Below, one piece after another: positions 48,177 to 57,339 of a stretch of DNA of 64,000 bases. The stretch is taken from the NCBI GenBank assembly GCA_947258425.1, contig CAMYIG010000001.1, positions 866 through 64,865 of the forward strand, in the 5' to 3' direction. The notes under the pieces were generated by a model. That model saw nothing but the letters and a program-made list of their open reading frames with translations, did not search any database and was not told where the DNA came from. Numbering within the stretch: the first letter of the stretch is position 1; each line of letters starts with the position of its first letter. This stretch comes from an uncultured Gammaproteobacteria bacterium. GTDB lineage: Bacteria; Pseudomonadota; Gammaproteobacteria; SZUA-140. Position numbers and translations under genes: made by a program.

Positions 48177-49205
48177 TTACATAAAAATTGATGGCAAGGA
48201 GAGCATCGCGGCAAACTCTTCCCTTGACTGATATCTTTCTACATGAAGCCGCTTGAGTGCATATTTTTCATAACATACGAACGAGTTAGTACCATTTACA
48301 TAACTAGTAGAAAACTCATACCCACACTGCTCTGCCATCTTCAACGCTCTTTTATCAAAAGCATTTTTGCCGCCCACAGGATATGCAAGTACCTGGCAAG
48401 GTTTGGCTAGCTGATCTTCAAGTACATTTTTTGAGTGTTCTATCTCGTAATATAATTCATCATCATCTAAATTAGAAAAAATTGGATGCGTGACTGAATG
48501 AGAGCCAAATTCGATATTACTTGCGGACATCTCTTTTACTTGCTCCCAGGTTAATGGAGCACTCTGGGAAAACTTTTCTTTGTTTTTTACAAACCCCGTT
48601 TGATGCTCAAGAATTTCTATAGTAGTAATCCTGGAGCTATTAGGTATTTCTTTCAGGCGTTGTAACAAAGTTTTCAGTAGTAATTTACGTTGATTACGGT
48701 CACTGTTTAGCTCAAGCACTAAATCTGCACTGTGAAGATCAATCATCATATTATCCGCGCAAAGAATCATATACGCGACCCAATCAAACCAGAATGGTTT
48801 AGTGCCACCGATATAATCCGTTGAGATAAAAATGGTTGCCGGCACATTACATTTTTTTAATATAGGAAACGCCACTGTATAGTTATCATCAAAGCCGTCG
48901 TCAAACGTAACAATGAGTGGCCGCGGCGGCATCTGCATCCTTCCTGCGGTTATTTCCACGAGATCGAAAAAAGTTATAGGATTGTAGTGTTTTTTAACAA
49001 AAGTCATTTGCCATTCGAAATCATCACTGGATGCACTAATCAGATCTAAATCAAACTTGTATTCTGTATCATCAGCAAGGTCTACTATTCTATGGTAGGC
49101 TAAAATCATTAACTCGCTTACATATCTCGATCGCAGTCCTGCAATAACTGGCAAAAGCCCTAAAGCGCTTAATGCCCGCCCTGCGAATGCTTTTTTACTA
49201 CCCAC
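48177..49205 (-). CDS. Polysaccharide deacetylase (CE4), candidate PEP-CTERM-locus subfamily
   Basis: LIVTFDDGFDDNYTVAFPILKKCNVPATIFI, FGSHSVTHP and AYPVGG. Positioned directly after the OM barrel gene, as in XrtA loci. Confidence 0.85.
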   Translation of the reverse strand: MGSKKAFAGRALSALGLLPVIAGLRSRYVSELMILAYHRIVDLADDTEYKFDLDLISASSDDFEWQMTFVKKHYNPITFFDLVEITAGRMQMPPRPLIVTFDDGFDDNYTVAFPILKKCNVPATIFISTDYIGGTKPFWFDWVAYMILCADNMMIDLHSADLVLELNSDRNQRKLLLKTLLQRLKEIPNSSRITTIEILEHQTGFVKNKEKFSQSAPLTWEQVKEMSASNIEFGSHSVTHPIFSNLDDDELYYEIEHSKNVLEDQLAKPCQVLAYPVGGKNAFDKRALKMAEQCGYEFSTSYVNGTNSFVCYEKYALKRLHVERYQSREEFAAMLSLPSIFM

Positions 49206-49294
49206 TTATTTATTAATCCAGTTTGTCATTCTAGCTTTCCTATCAACTAGCCCATTAAAATATTTACAACCAACAGCACCACTAATTCTTAAAC

Positions 49295-50842
49295 TCACAG
49301 AATCAGAACTAACTGCATGCGAATAACATTTTCTTTATAGTCATTTATAACAAAATTAGAATCTCGCTCTGTATATCTATATTCAATAGTGCCTGTCAGG
49401 CGCTGCGTTATTTCATTAGCCATCTCAATTGACGCAGTTCGTGCCCAGTCAATTCTAATTCCATCCCTAAACTTCTCTTTCATCCACTCATGGTTAAAAC
49501 CTAATGTCGTACGAATACCTACGCGTAACGAGATATCAATGTCTGCACTCAGCCTATTTTCTTTATCCTGCACGATTTGATACTCAAGCTTCCTTTCGTC
49601 AACATTAAACTCCCAAACGAGTTTACGCCCGGTATATTTATAACCTATAGATGATGTTTTACGAACAAATGCCTCAGCATTCAATTCGGCATTCAATCCC
49701 AGTCGAGAAACAGAAAGCCCTTCGTCCGATTCAAAAACTTGCTGTCCAATTTGAGACTTCGATGTTGTACTAACGTCTTCGTTATACCGCGCTCGCCATC
49801 TTGTCCGATCTATTTCTCTGTCATATATAAGCAGGTATGTGTCACCAAAAAACCGCTCGCCAGCCCGCGCTTCTACTCTTGTATACCTGTCTAACTGCCA
49901 TCCAAACCCGACATTCCAGAACTCACCATCTAAATCAATCTCCGACTCAGGCATAACCATTCCGAAATCAACTTCTTCATAGCCCCCACCCGTCAATAGC
50001 TCAAGACGTCGCGTAGCCTGCCACCGTAAATCGTAGATCAGTACTTTGAATCTGGAATCTACAGCTGATTTATGATCTATTTTTTCATCGCTATAACCCA
50101 GCGCCCAAAAAAAACGATCCCGCTTAACACGGTTATTTACATCTATGCTAAATTTACTTGTATCTACATCAGCGATATCATTCTCAGTCCTTACTACATC
50201 TGCATCGTAACGTGTTTCAACAACAATACCGGCGCCATATACATAGCGCCAACTGGGGCTAGCGCCAAGCGTAAAAACATTTCTCCGATCTTCTGTAGAA
50301 GAAAGGTTTTCTCTAAGTATCGGCTCCTCATCTCCCAAAACTTGCTGAAAATAACTACCCCTCATATCAACCAAAAATTGATCGGGGATGACTTCATAAG
50401 CTGCATTGGTTCTAAACTGATGAAACGTTGCGTTACGACTACGCTCTTTTGAAAAATACAGGTTTTGCATATTATAGTTAAGAAAGAAATTAGACCTTCC
50501 CCACTCATTCTCTATAGCAACACCAGGCATCACTTCAGTAATATACTCTTCGGTAACGCTGTCTCCCTGTGCAAGACTTACATTATCGGTATAGATCTCA
50601 CTTAATGAGACCTGAGGTGTAATCATCCAGTTTGCAGCAAGAGTATTAGAAAAAAACAATAGCGGAAGTACAAAAACAAAAGACGTGGATAGCCTTTTCT
50701 TCGCCGAGGAAAAATAACTTGAAGCCTTGCTTGCACTCGATATTTTTAACGGCATGATTGATAATATTCTCAGTATCATTTGCTTAATATATATAGCGGC
50801 TACCCGCAAAAGAAACGTATAAACAGACCTCCTATTATTCAC
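49295..50842 (-). CDS. Outer-membrane beta-barrel protein (candidate PEP-CTERM system-associated OMP family)
   Basis: Signal-like segment TSFVFVLPLLFFSNTLAANW, alternating beta-strand pattern and a C-terminal aromatic-rich end (RMQLVLIL). The true start is probably internal (Met at 50779 or 50755). Confidence 0.65.
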   Translation of the reverse strand: MNNRRSVYTFLLRVAAIYIKQMILRILSIMPLKISSASKASSYFSSAKKRLSTSFVFVLPLLFFSNTLAANWMITPQVSLSEIYTDNVSLAQGDSVTEEYITEVMPGVAIENEWGRSNFFLNYNMQNLYFSKERSRNATFHQFRTNAAYEVIPDQFLVDMRGSYFQQVLGDEEPILRENLSSTEDRRNVFTLGASPSWRYVYGAGIVVETRYDADVVRTENDIADVDTSKFSIDVNNRVKRDRFFWALGYSDEKIDHKSAVDSRFKVLIYDLRWQATRRLELLTGGGYEEVDFGMVMPESEIDLDGEFWNVGFGWQLDRYTRVEARAGERFFGDTYLLIYDREIDRTRWRARYNEDVSTTSKSQIGQQVFESDEGLSVSRLGLNAELNAEAFVRKTSSIGYKYTGRKLVWEFNVDERKLEYQIVQDKENRLSADIDISLRVGIRTTLGFNHEWMKEKFRDGIRIDWARTASIEMANEITQRLTGTIEYRYTERDSNFVINDYKENVIRMQLVLIL

Positions 50843-50845
50843 TTC

Positions 50846-51718
50846 TTAGCGACGGCGGTTATCTACCCCATAACCATAATGGTCAGAGCTTTTTACGTGG
50901 TCACATTTATTCAATAACAACCCAACAGCTTTATCTTTTCCTAAAAGCTTCAGTGCATTTTTCACATCTGACTGCTTACTTTCCTCTGCCGCTACAACCA
51001 TGACAACCTGCCCAACCATCTCAGACAACACTACCGCTTCATTGGTTACAAGCAGCGGTGGAGCATCAAATATCACAATTCTATCGTTATAGCGCGATGC
51101 AAATTCAGCCATCAATTTCTTCATATTATTACTTGAAAGCAGCTCAACTGAATGAGGGTGGTGGCGGCCAGAAATCATCACTTTTAGATTAGGAATATCT
51201 GTTTCACAAATCAGGCCATCTAGCACAGAAGCCTCATCAAGCAAATAATCTACAAGCCCCGCCCCACCATCAGCATTCAATAACCGACTAATTGAAGGCC
51301 TCCCAAGATCAACATCCACCAGTAGTACTTTTTTGTCACGCTCCATCGCAATGCTTTTTGCAAGATTAATCGCGGTGAATGTTTTTCCTTCACCAGAAAG
51401 CGCACTCGTCACCATAATTAGATTGCCATTCTTAACAGGGGCAGTTTCAAACCCTGACGCATTATTGATTAATGGTCTTTTAATCCGTCTAAACTGCTCA
51501 GTAATGATGACGCCATCTTCACCATGTCCCATCACTTTATCAGACTTACTCCATATCAATACTTTATTACCGGACGATTGCGCCTGACTTGTTTTAACCC
51601 CGCCATCTACTTGTTGCTTGTCATGGTCAGGCATAGAGGAGGCACTTTCATCACTACGTTTTTTTCTAGCTTTATTATCAGTAATTTTATCAATTGCTTT
51701 CTCGATAATGCTCATCAC
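50846..51718 (-). CDS. Tyrosine-autokinase-like P-loop ATPase (CpsD/CapB/BY-kinase catalytic domain)
   Basis: Walker A VTSALSGEGKTFTAINLA, Walker A' VLLVDVDLGRPS, Walker B IVIFDAPPLL and a C-terminal HYGYG tyrosines. Confidence 0.85.
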   Translation of the reverse strand: MMSIIEKAIDKITDNKARKKRSDESASSMPDHDKQQVDGGVKTSQAQSSGNKVLIWSKSDKVMGHGEDGVIITEQFRRIKRPLINNASGFETAPVKNGNLIMVTSALSGEGKTFTAINLAKSIAMERDKKVLLVDVDLGRPSISRLLNADGGAGLVDYLLDEASVLDGLICETDIPNLKVMISGRHHPHSVELLSSNNMKKLMAEFASRYNDRIVIFDAPPLLVTNEAVVLSEMVGQVVMVVAAEESKQSDVKNALKLLGKDKAVGLLLNKCDHVKSSDHYGYGVDNRRR

Positions 51719-53292
51719 TAACCACCTATTCCTGTAGATACAATTGACATTAGAGCGTCAACATCAAATAAGGCAATAGCCAATACGATTAGGTATGAAG
51801 CAAACAAGCCAATGCACGCAACAATAAATACTGACAATGATAATTTTTGCGCCCTTTTTTCAGAGCCAGGAACTATCTTTGTCACTGATCCTAATGCCGT
51901 AGCACCTTCTATCTGAGACAGATCATCTTCCGTAATAAAGGTCGCCTTTAACATTCCAAATAATATCGCCAGTCCAACACCGCCGCCAATGCCCAGGAAC
52001 AAAACCATAGTGATGAACAGTCCTCGATGAGGCCAAACGGGCACCAGTGGAACTGCGGGAGGATCGATGATACGAAATTGCACGTCATCAACGCTTTGAG
52101 ACGCTTCTCTTGAAATTTTAGCCGACTCACGTCTAACTACTAACGCCTCATAATTTTGCTTATTAATAGTATAGTCTCGATTAAGTTTTGCGAGCTCAGC
52201 CTCTACCCGAGGCACAACATCGACCAGTTTTCTCAACCCCGCCACTCGGCGTTCATGCTCTACGACACGCACTTTCAACACTGAAACATCCGCTTCTGCA
52301 CGACCTAACGAGATTTTTAATTCCTGAAAAATCGGGTTATCTGCGTCACCGTCCGCCCATTGTGTCAGTTTCCGCGACTCAAGCTTGCCATCTCTTTGTG
52401 CTTTTAACTGCTCTATTGTCCGCTTCGCAGCAATCACATCAGGATGCTTGTCAGTAAACTGCAATAACAAACCATCCAGCGTCACTTCAAGCCCACTAAT
52501 CCGGCTATCAATGTCATTGACCCCTTGCACCATCCTGTCTTGCGTCAGCGGGATATCTCCATCAATTTGGCGCTGAAGCTCATCTCTTCTTCTTTCAGCT
52601 TCTCGTAAATCAAGCTTTGCTCGTTCCAGACCTTCCATGCCAATTCTTAAACGATCAAAATAGCCACCCGCTTCTGTCGGCATAAAACCAACATTTTTCC
52701 TTTTAAATACTTTTAGCCGTTCTTCTGCTTCTTCTAATTTCGCCTCATATTCGTCAATTTGCTGATCTAAAAACACTTCCGTTCTGCTTGTGTCTTTACG
52801 CGCTGTCATCAGGGTCGTTTCGACAAAAAGAGCCAGCAACTTTTCGACTACATTTTTTGCTAGAAGCGGGTTTTTATCCTGATATGAAATTACATATATT
52901 CCATCACCAGACGAGCCCTTCACATTTATTTTCTCACTCAGCCTGTTTATCACTCTCTCCAGATCTTCCGGGGTTTTTACCTCCAGATCTAACGCAGATT
53001 CCTTAACAATTTTTTCAAGATTTGGACGACTTAATAAGGTCCTACGGGTTGTCAGCGCCACTGCTGAACGCACATCACTATCAACTGCAATACCTCGCAA
53101 CACTGGCTGCAACATCGATTGAGTGTCGAGATAAACTCTCGTCATCGCCTCATACCGATCTGGCAAGACATAAACAACGCCCCAGCCTACCGCACAGATG
53201 ACCGCTGCTGTGACAATCGCAAGCCAGCGTCGTATCCAGGCAAGATGTGCCATTCGCGTATACTTCTTAAACTCCTCAAATGCGCCACTCAT
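51718..53292 (-). CDS. Polysaccharide chain-length determinant (PCP/GumC/Wzz family)
   Basis: N-terminal TM, PDRYEAMTRVYLD, a long coiled-coil periplasmic region, a proline-rich IDPPAVPLVPVWPHR motif before the C-terminal TM. Confidence 0.85.
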   Translation of the reverse strand: MSGAFEEFKKYTRMAHLAWIRRWLAIVTAAVICAVGWGVVYVLPDRYEAMTRVYLDTQSMLQPVLRGIAVDSDVRSAVALTTRRTLLSRPNLEKIVKESALDLEVKTPEDLERVINRLSEKINVKGSSGDGIYVISYQDKNPLLAKNVVEKLLALFVETTLMTARKDTSRTEVFLDQQIDEYEAKLEEAEERLKVFKRKNVGFMPTEAGGYFDRLRIGMEGLERAKLDLREAERRRDELQRQIDGDIPLTQDRMVQGVNDIDSRISGLEVTLDGLLLQFTDKHPDVIAAKRTIEQLKAQRDGKLESRKLTQWADGDADNPIFQELKISLGRAEADVSVLKVRVVEHERRVAGLRKLVDVVPRVEAELAKLNRDYTINKQNYEALVVRRESAKISREASQSVDDVQFRIIDPPAVPLVPVWPHRGLFITMVLFLGIGGGVGLAILFGMLKATFITEDDLSQIEGATALGSVTKIVPGSEKRAQKLSLSVFIVACIGLFASYLIVLAIALFDVDALMSIVSTGIGG

Positions 53293-53341
53293 CTTAACTT
53301 GCCTTTAGTATTAATATTAATGTACAGCCGTAAAATAGGCA

Positions 53342-53983
53342 TTAAAACCATGATTCCGGAATAATTAATATGTCACCAGGTCTCATTTCAACATTGGCAG
53401 AAATTTCCCCACCTGACATCAAGTCTTCAATCTTGACACGAAACTCTCTTCGTTCGCCGTCAATTTCACGAACAATATGAGCCTTATTGCCGGCGGCAAA
53501 CTCGGTTAATCCACCCACTGCAATCATCACATCTAGTAGTGTCATTGCCTCACGATATGGAAGCGCCTGAGGCTGTGCCGCAGCCCCTACCACTCTGATT
53601 TGCTGGTTATAAGGGCCGCCAAAGCCACTCACAATCACAGTAACAACAGGCTCTTTTATATATTTCGATAGCACACCCTCGATGTCTCGAGCCAACTGGG
53701 TGGGGGTTTTACCAATGGCGACCATATCCTCAACAAGTGGACTGGACACTGTCCCATTTGGACGTACCGGCACCGTGATAGAAACATCGGGATTACGCCA
53801 AACAAAAATATTTATCGTGTCACCCGGACCGATCAGGTATTCAGAGTGAGTCCTATCAGAACTCACACCGTCTAATGCCGGTGTTGGGAGCGACGTAGTC
53901 GATGCACAACCCACCAGTAAAACGGGTACAAAAAGAAACCCGGTAATGGCCCTTGCGCAAGATTTAAGTGAAAACATTTTCAC
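53342..53983 (-). CDS. Polysaccharide export outer-membrane lipoprotein (Wza/EpsE-like), first gene of the EPS operon
   Basis: Lipobox LLVGCAS. YLIGPGDTINIFVWRNPDVS (Poly_export PES motif), GTVSSPLVEDMVAIGKTPTQL and an SLBB-like C-terminal part. Confidence 0.85.
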   Translation of the reverse strand: MKMFSLKSCARAITGFLFVPVLLVGCASTTSLPTPALDGVSSDRTHSEYLIGPGDTINIFVWRNPDVSITVPVRPNGTVSSPLVEDMVAIGKTPTQLARDIEGVLSKYIKEPVVTVIVSGFGGPYNQQIRVVGAAAQPQALPYREAMTLLDVMIAVGGLTEFAAGNKAHIVREIDGERREFRVKIEDLMSGGEISANVEMRPGDILIIPESWF

Positions 53984-54351
53984 GTAATAGCCCTTCCTTA
54001 GTTCAAATTTGGTTAACCCGTTATTATAAATGAAATATCGTCATAATATACGAGCACTTTAACTACTCGCTCATTAAATCAGTCTAGCGTCGCACCTAAT
54101 TTAGCCAATTGACCCCTTCAATAATTATCGATAATAATATGTTTTATCGGGTACCAATATGCTGCAGCACTTTCAATCTATCGGCACAAGCTGGGGATCA
54201 AGCAAAAAATATAAATCAACACGCCAATTTCCATTCTTTGTTCATGGTCATTAGGTTTTTTAGTATACTTAATGTCGGATTATTTTACAGGCCATTAAAG
54301 ATAATTATCACAATAAATTTTATTTTGATAGATATCAACTAGTTATATTTA

Positions 54352-54367
54352 TGGCACGGTTAGTGCT
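54352..54367 (+). promoter_or_regulatory. Sigma-54 (-24/-12) promoter for the PEP-CTERM protein gene
   Basis: TGGCAC-ggtta-GTGCTT against the consensus TGGCAC-N5-TTGCW. GG/GC spacing is correct, and the element sits about 40 nt upstream of the ATG at 54407. A sigma-54 activator (prsR) is encoded nearby. Confidence 0.6.
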
Positions 54368-54406
54368 TAGAGTAAAGTAGATGTAAAATAATCGAGGATT
54401 TATCAA

Positions 54407-54970
54407 ATGAACAAAGTTTTTGCAGCAGCCCTGATACTACTATTAATAGTTGCAGGAAATGCACACGCAACATTATCAAACCCATACAGCTATACTCCAG
54501 AGGATCTGCAGACATTTTCACTGCAGCAGGATGCCCCTGGCGGTAGCGCACAAGCTTTTTATGGCATTTTCCCAGATGGCACCTTCACCACAATATGGGA
54601 TCGTTCAAATACAGGTGGAACGGCATATATTGGTGCGAGCGGCACCAAAGACCTGAGCGCTTTTGACGGCATAAGCTTGAATATTACCAATAGCTCATTT
54701 GCACCGATCTCAGCAGCACTCTATGTAGTCGAAGACGCCATGATCTATATAGGTAGCATCATTGAGCTGGATGACAATGAGACAGGCATCATGAAACTCG
54801 CTTTTGGTGGTCCAAGCCAGTCAACGACGATGGATGACCAGTACGGCTTCTTTACCGCACAGACTACAGGCTATATGACCCATGCAAAAGTGCCTGAGCC
54901 AGCAACCATCGCGATGATGGGACTTGGCCTGATCGGCCTGGGATTCATGGCAAGACGTAGAAACAGCTAA
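54407..54970 (+). CDS. PEP-CTERM sorting-domain protein (predicted XrtA substrate)
   Basis: Signal peptide MNKVFAAALILLLIVAGNAHA. C-terminus VPEPATIAMMGLGLIGLGFMARRRNS gives the VPEP motif, a TM helix and a basic cluster (54890-54967). Confidence 0.9.
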   Translation: MNKVFAAALILLLIVAGNAHATLSNPYSYTPEDLQTFSLQQDAPGGSAQAFYGIFPDGTFTTIWDRSNTGGTAYIGASGTKDLSAFDGISLNITNSSFAPISAALYVVEDAMIYIGSIIELDDNETGIMKLAFGGPSQSTTMDDQYGFFTAQTTGYMTHAKVPEPATIAMMGLGLIGLGFMARRRNS

Positions 54971-54997
54971 CAACAAAAAGGTGCCTAAGCACCATTG

Positions 54998-55033
54998 GCC
55001 CTCAGATAGCGAACCTATCTGAGGGCTTTTTTT
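54998..55033 (+). terminator. Rho-independent terminator after the PEP-CTERM gene
   Basis: gccctcagatag-cgaac-ctatctgagggc followed by ttttttt: perfect 12 bp stem with a 5 nt loop. Confidence 0.9.
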
Positions 55034-55042
55034 ATTCTCCAT

Positions 55043-57322
55043 TCACAAGCTATCACGTAACGCTTTAGCTAGCGCGTAGCTTGAGAACGAACCCGGTTTT
55101 GCAACTAGCAACTCATCCAGCAGATCTCTTGCTTTGTCAGCATCACCTGTTTTCGCATAACCTGCTGCCAGATGATACTGTATATCAGGCATCTTTGGTG
55201 CCCGCTCATGCGCATCCTCAAGTAAAGACAGACCTCGCTTCAATCGCCCTTCTTGAACCAGGATCCAGCCAAGCGTATCCAGAACCGAAGCATTCTCTTT
55301 ATTTAGCGCATAAGCACGCTCAGCAAATGACAATGCACGCTTATCACCAGCTTGTGAAAAAAACCAGGCAAGATCATTCAGGGCGATCAAATTTTCCGGA
55401 TCATTTTCGAGCAGTATTAAATAATGCCTGATTGCAGAGTCACTATCATTCAACTGGTTATAGCCCCCCACCAGCACTAACCGAGCTCTGGCGTCATCTG
55501 TAAACTCATCAAGCCACTGCTCAAGAAATGCCTGTGCCTGTGCAAGCTGATTAGCCTGTGCATAGGTCCGATGCACTTTGATCGCGATCGTACTCCGCCG
55601 TTCTTTTTGTAGTCCCATTTTATACTCAGCAAGGGCATCACTGTATCTCTTCTCCGACATCATCAAGTCGCCTGCCAGCTCAAATCCAACCGCGACATCA
55701 GGCGCCGCGTTCTTTACACCTTCAGCGACTTTTAATGCACTATCCACCTTGCCTTCACTAAGTTCAAGACGTACCAGATTGATCGCAGCAGGAAAATAAT
55801 CACCTTTAAGCTCCAATGCACGTTTCAGATATTGACGCGCATCATTATTATTACCCTTATTTAAATAAACTGTACCAAGCAAATGGTTAAAAACCGGTTG
55901 ATCTGGTGAACTGGAAACCATTTTCTTAGCAACTACAAGCGCTTGATCAAGGCGTTTCTCGCGCAGATAAAGCATCACCAGCAATACGCCTGCACGATCT
56001 GTGCGTTTCTCTAGCCCCTTCGCGTTTTCTAGCTCATTAATTGCAGCTTCAACGTGACCCTGCTTTAAATAGGACACCGCCAGCTCAGTTCTTGCAAAAT
56101 GATTATCCGGATCGTTATCAATCGCGGATCTGAGATAACGAACACCATTTTCAACATCGCCACTATAATTAGAAGCCGCCCCTATCAGTGCAAGTAACTG
56201 AGCATCAGTAGACGCATTCTTAAGTGCAGGGGAAAGCAGGTCAACCACCCCCTCGTGGTGTTGCTGCTGAAGCCGCAACGATGCCAGCATCTTACGTGCA
56301 GTAGTATTGTCAGGTTGTAAAATGACATAACGACTCAATAACTGGTCAGCTTGTTCCAAATTACCCATCGCATAATTGACCGCACCTAACATCAACATGG
56401 TCGGTTCATGCTCAGGCGCGAGTTGCTGAACAATTATCAGATATTTGCGTGCCGTATCGAGGTCACCACTTTCATATGCTATTTTTGCACGCATAAAATT
56501 GGGTAGTGGATGTTGAGGCAGAAGCGCTATAAGCTCATCGACTACCGCGAGTGCCTCTTCGTTCTTTTGCTGTGCATTCAATACGCCTACCAGGCCTAAG
56601 CGTGCCTGCACTGAATACTGACTAGACACTTGCTTAGGTTCATTTAACAAAACAAATTTATAGCTATTCTCAGCCACAGAAAAATTCGCGTTGATAGTGG
56701 CTACTTTTCCTTTTAGAAGCAAGGCCTCCGCATTTTTATCATCGATAGCCAATAAATTATCAATATATTGCGATGCCTGACCAATCTTATCCTCTAATAA
56801 ACTTAACCTCGCCAAACCAATATTTGCAAAAGCTGATTGACTGTTAATCTTTAATGCGGCGCTAAAATCAGCTCGTGCCTCATTAAATTTCTGAGAACCC
56901 AGTAGCGCTTCACCCCTTAGTGCGAGTAAATCAGACTTTGACTTTTTCGACAGGTCCTGATCGATGCTAATTTCATCCAATAATTGAGTGTATTTTTTCT
57001 GTATTAATAATGACCGCGAAAGTAATATTACAACATCGTCATTACCTGACGTCTGCATACCCAGCACTCGTCGAAGTTCTCGTTCACCACTTTCACCGTC
57101 ACCGGTATCAACATAGATAGCACCTAACAGATATCGCGCACGCACACTTGACTCATCTTGCTGGAGAACATTCTTTAGCTCAATCACTGCTGAACGATAG
57201 TTTTTCTCCTGAAAAAATACTTCGGCTCGCTGCATATGCTCAGCCGGATCCAGACTTGCTTTCTCACAGGCCGCGACCAAAAAAATCAAAAAGACAAGAC
57301 ACCAGAAACGTTTTTTCTTCAT
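55043..57322 (-). CDS. prsT: PEP-CTERM system TPR-repeat lipoprotein
   Basis: Lipobox FLVAAC. 759 aa of continuous TPR repeats. Immediately downstream of xrtA. Confidence 0.8.
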   Translation of the reverse strand: MKKKRFWCLVFLIFLVAACEKASLDPAEHMQRAEVFFQEKNYRSAVIELKNVLQQDESSVRARYLLGAIYVDTGDGESGERELRRVLGMQTSGNDDVVILLSRSLLIQKKYTQLLDEISIDQDLSKKSKSDLLALRGEALLGSQKFNEARADFSAALKINSQSAFANIGLARLSLLEDKIGQASQYIDNLLAIDDKNAEALLLKGKVATINANFSVAENSYKFVLLNEPKQVSSQYSVQARLGLVGVLNAQQKNEEALAVVDELIALLPQHPLPNFMRAKIAYESGDLDTARKYLIIVQQLAPEHEPTMLMLGAVNYAMGNLEQADQLLSRYVILQPDNTTARKMLASLRLQQQHHEGVVDLLSPALKNASTDAQLLALIGAASNYSGDVENGVRYLRSAIDNDPDNHFARTELAVSYLKQGHVEAAINELENAKGLEKRTDRAGVLLVMLYLREKRLDQALVVAKKMVSSSPDQPVFNHLLGTVYLNKGNNNDARQYLKRALELKGDYFPAAINLVRLELSEGKVDSALKVAEGVKNAAPDVAVGFELAGDLMMSEKRYSDALAEYKMGLQKERRSTIAIKVHRTYAQANQLAQAQAFLEQWLDEFTDDARARLVLVGGYNQLNDSDSAIRHYLILLENDPENLIALNDLAWFFSQAGDKRALSFAERAYALNKENASVLDTLGWILVQEGRLKRGLSLLEDAHERAPKMPDIQYHLAAGYAKTGDADKARDLLDELLVAKPGSFSSYALAKALRDSL

Positions 57323-57339
57323 CCTATTCCCCTTGAATA

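Noticed and set aside
54090-54106. Sigma-54-like element on the minus strand (TTGGCTAAATTAGGTGCG) upstream of the EPS operon start at 53983
   Set aside because: The GG-to-GC spacing is one nucleotide too long and the -24 box is TGGCTA. Sigma-54 promoters tolerate almost no spacing change.
54109-54342. ORF of 77 aa in the AT-rich region upstream of the PEP-CTERM gene, and ORF 54360-54551 on the minus strand
   Set aside because: Both have Ile/Asn/Phe-rich translations typical of random ORFs in AT-rich DNA. The region is better explained as promoter/enhancer DNA for the divergent transcription units.
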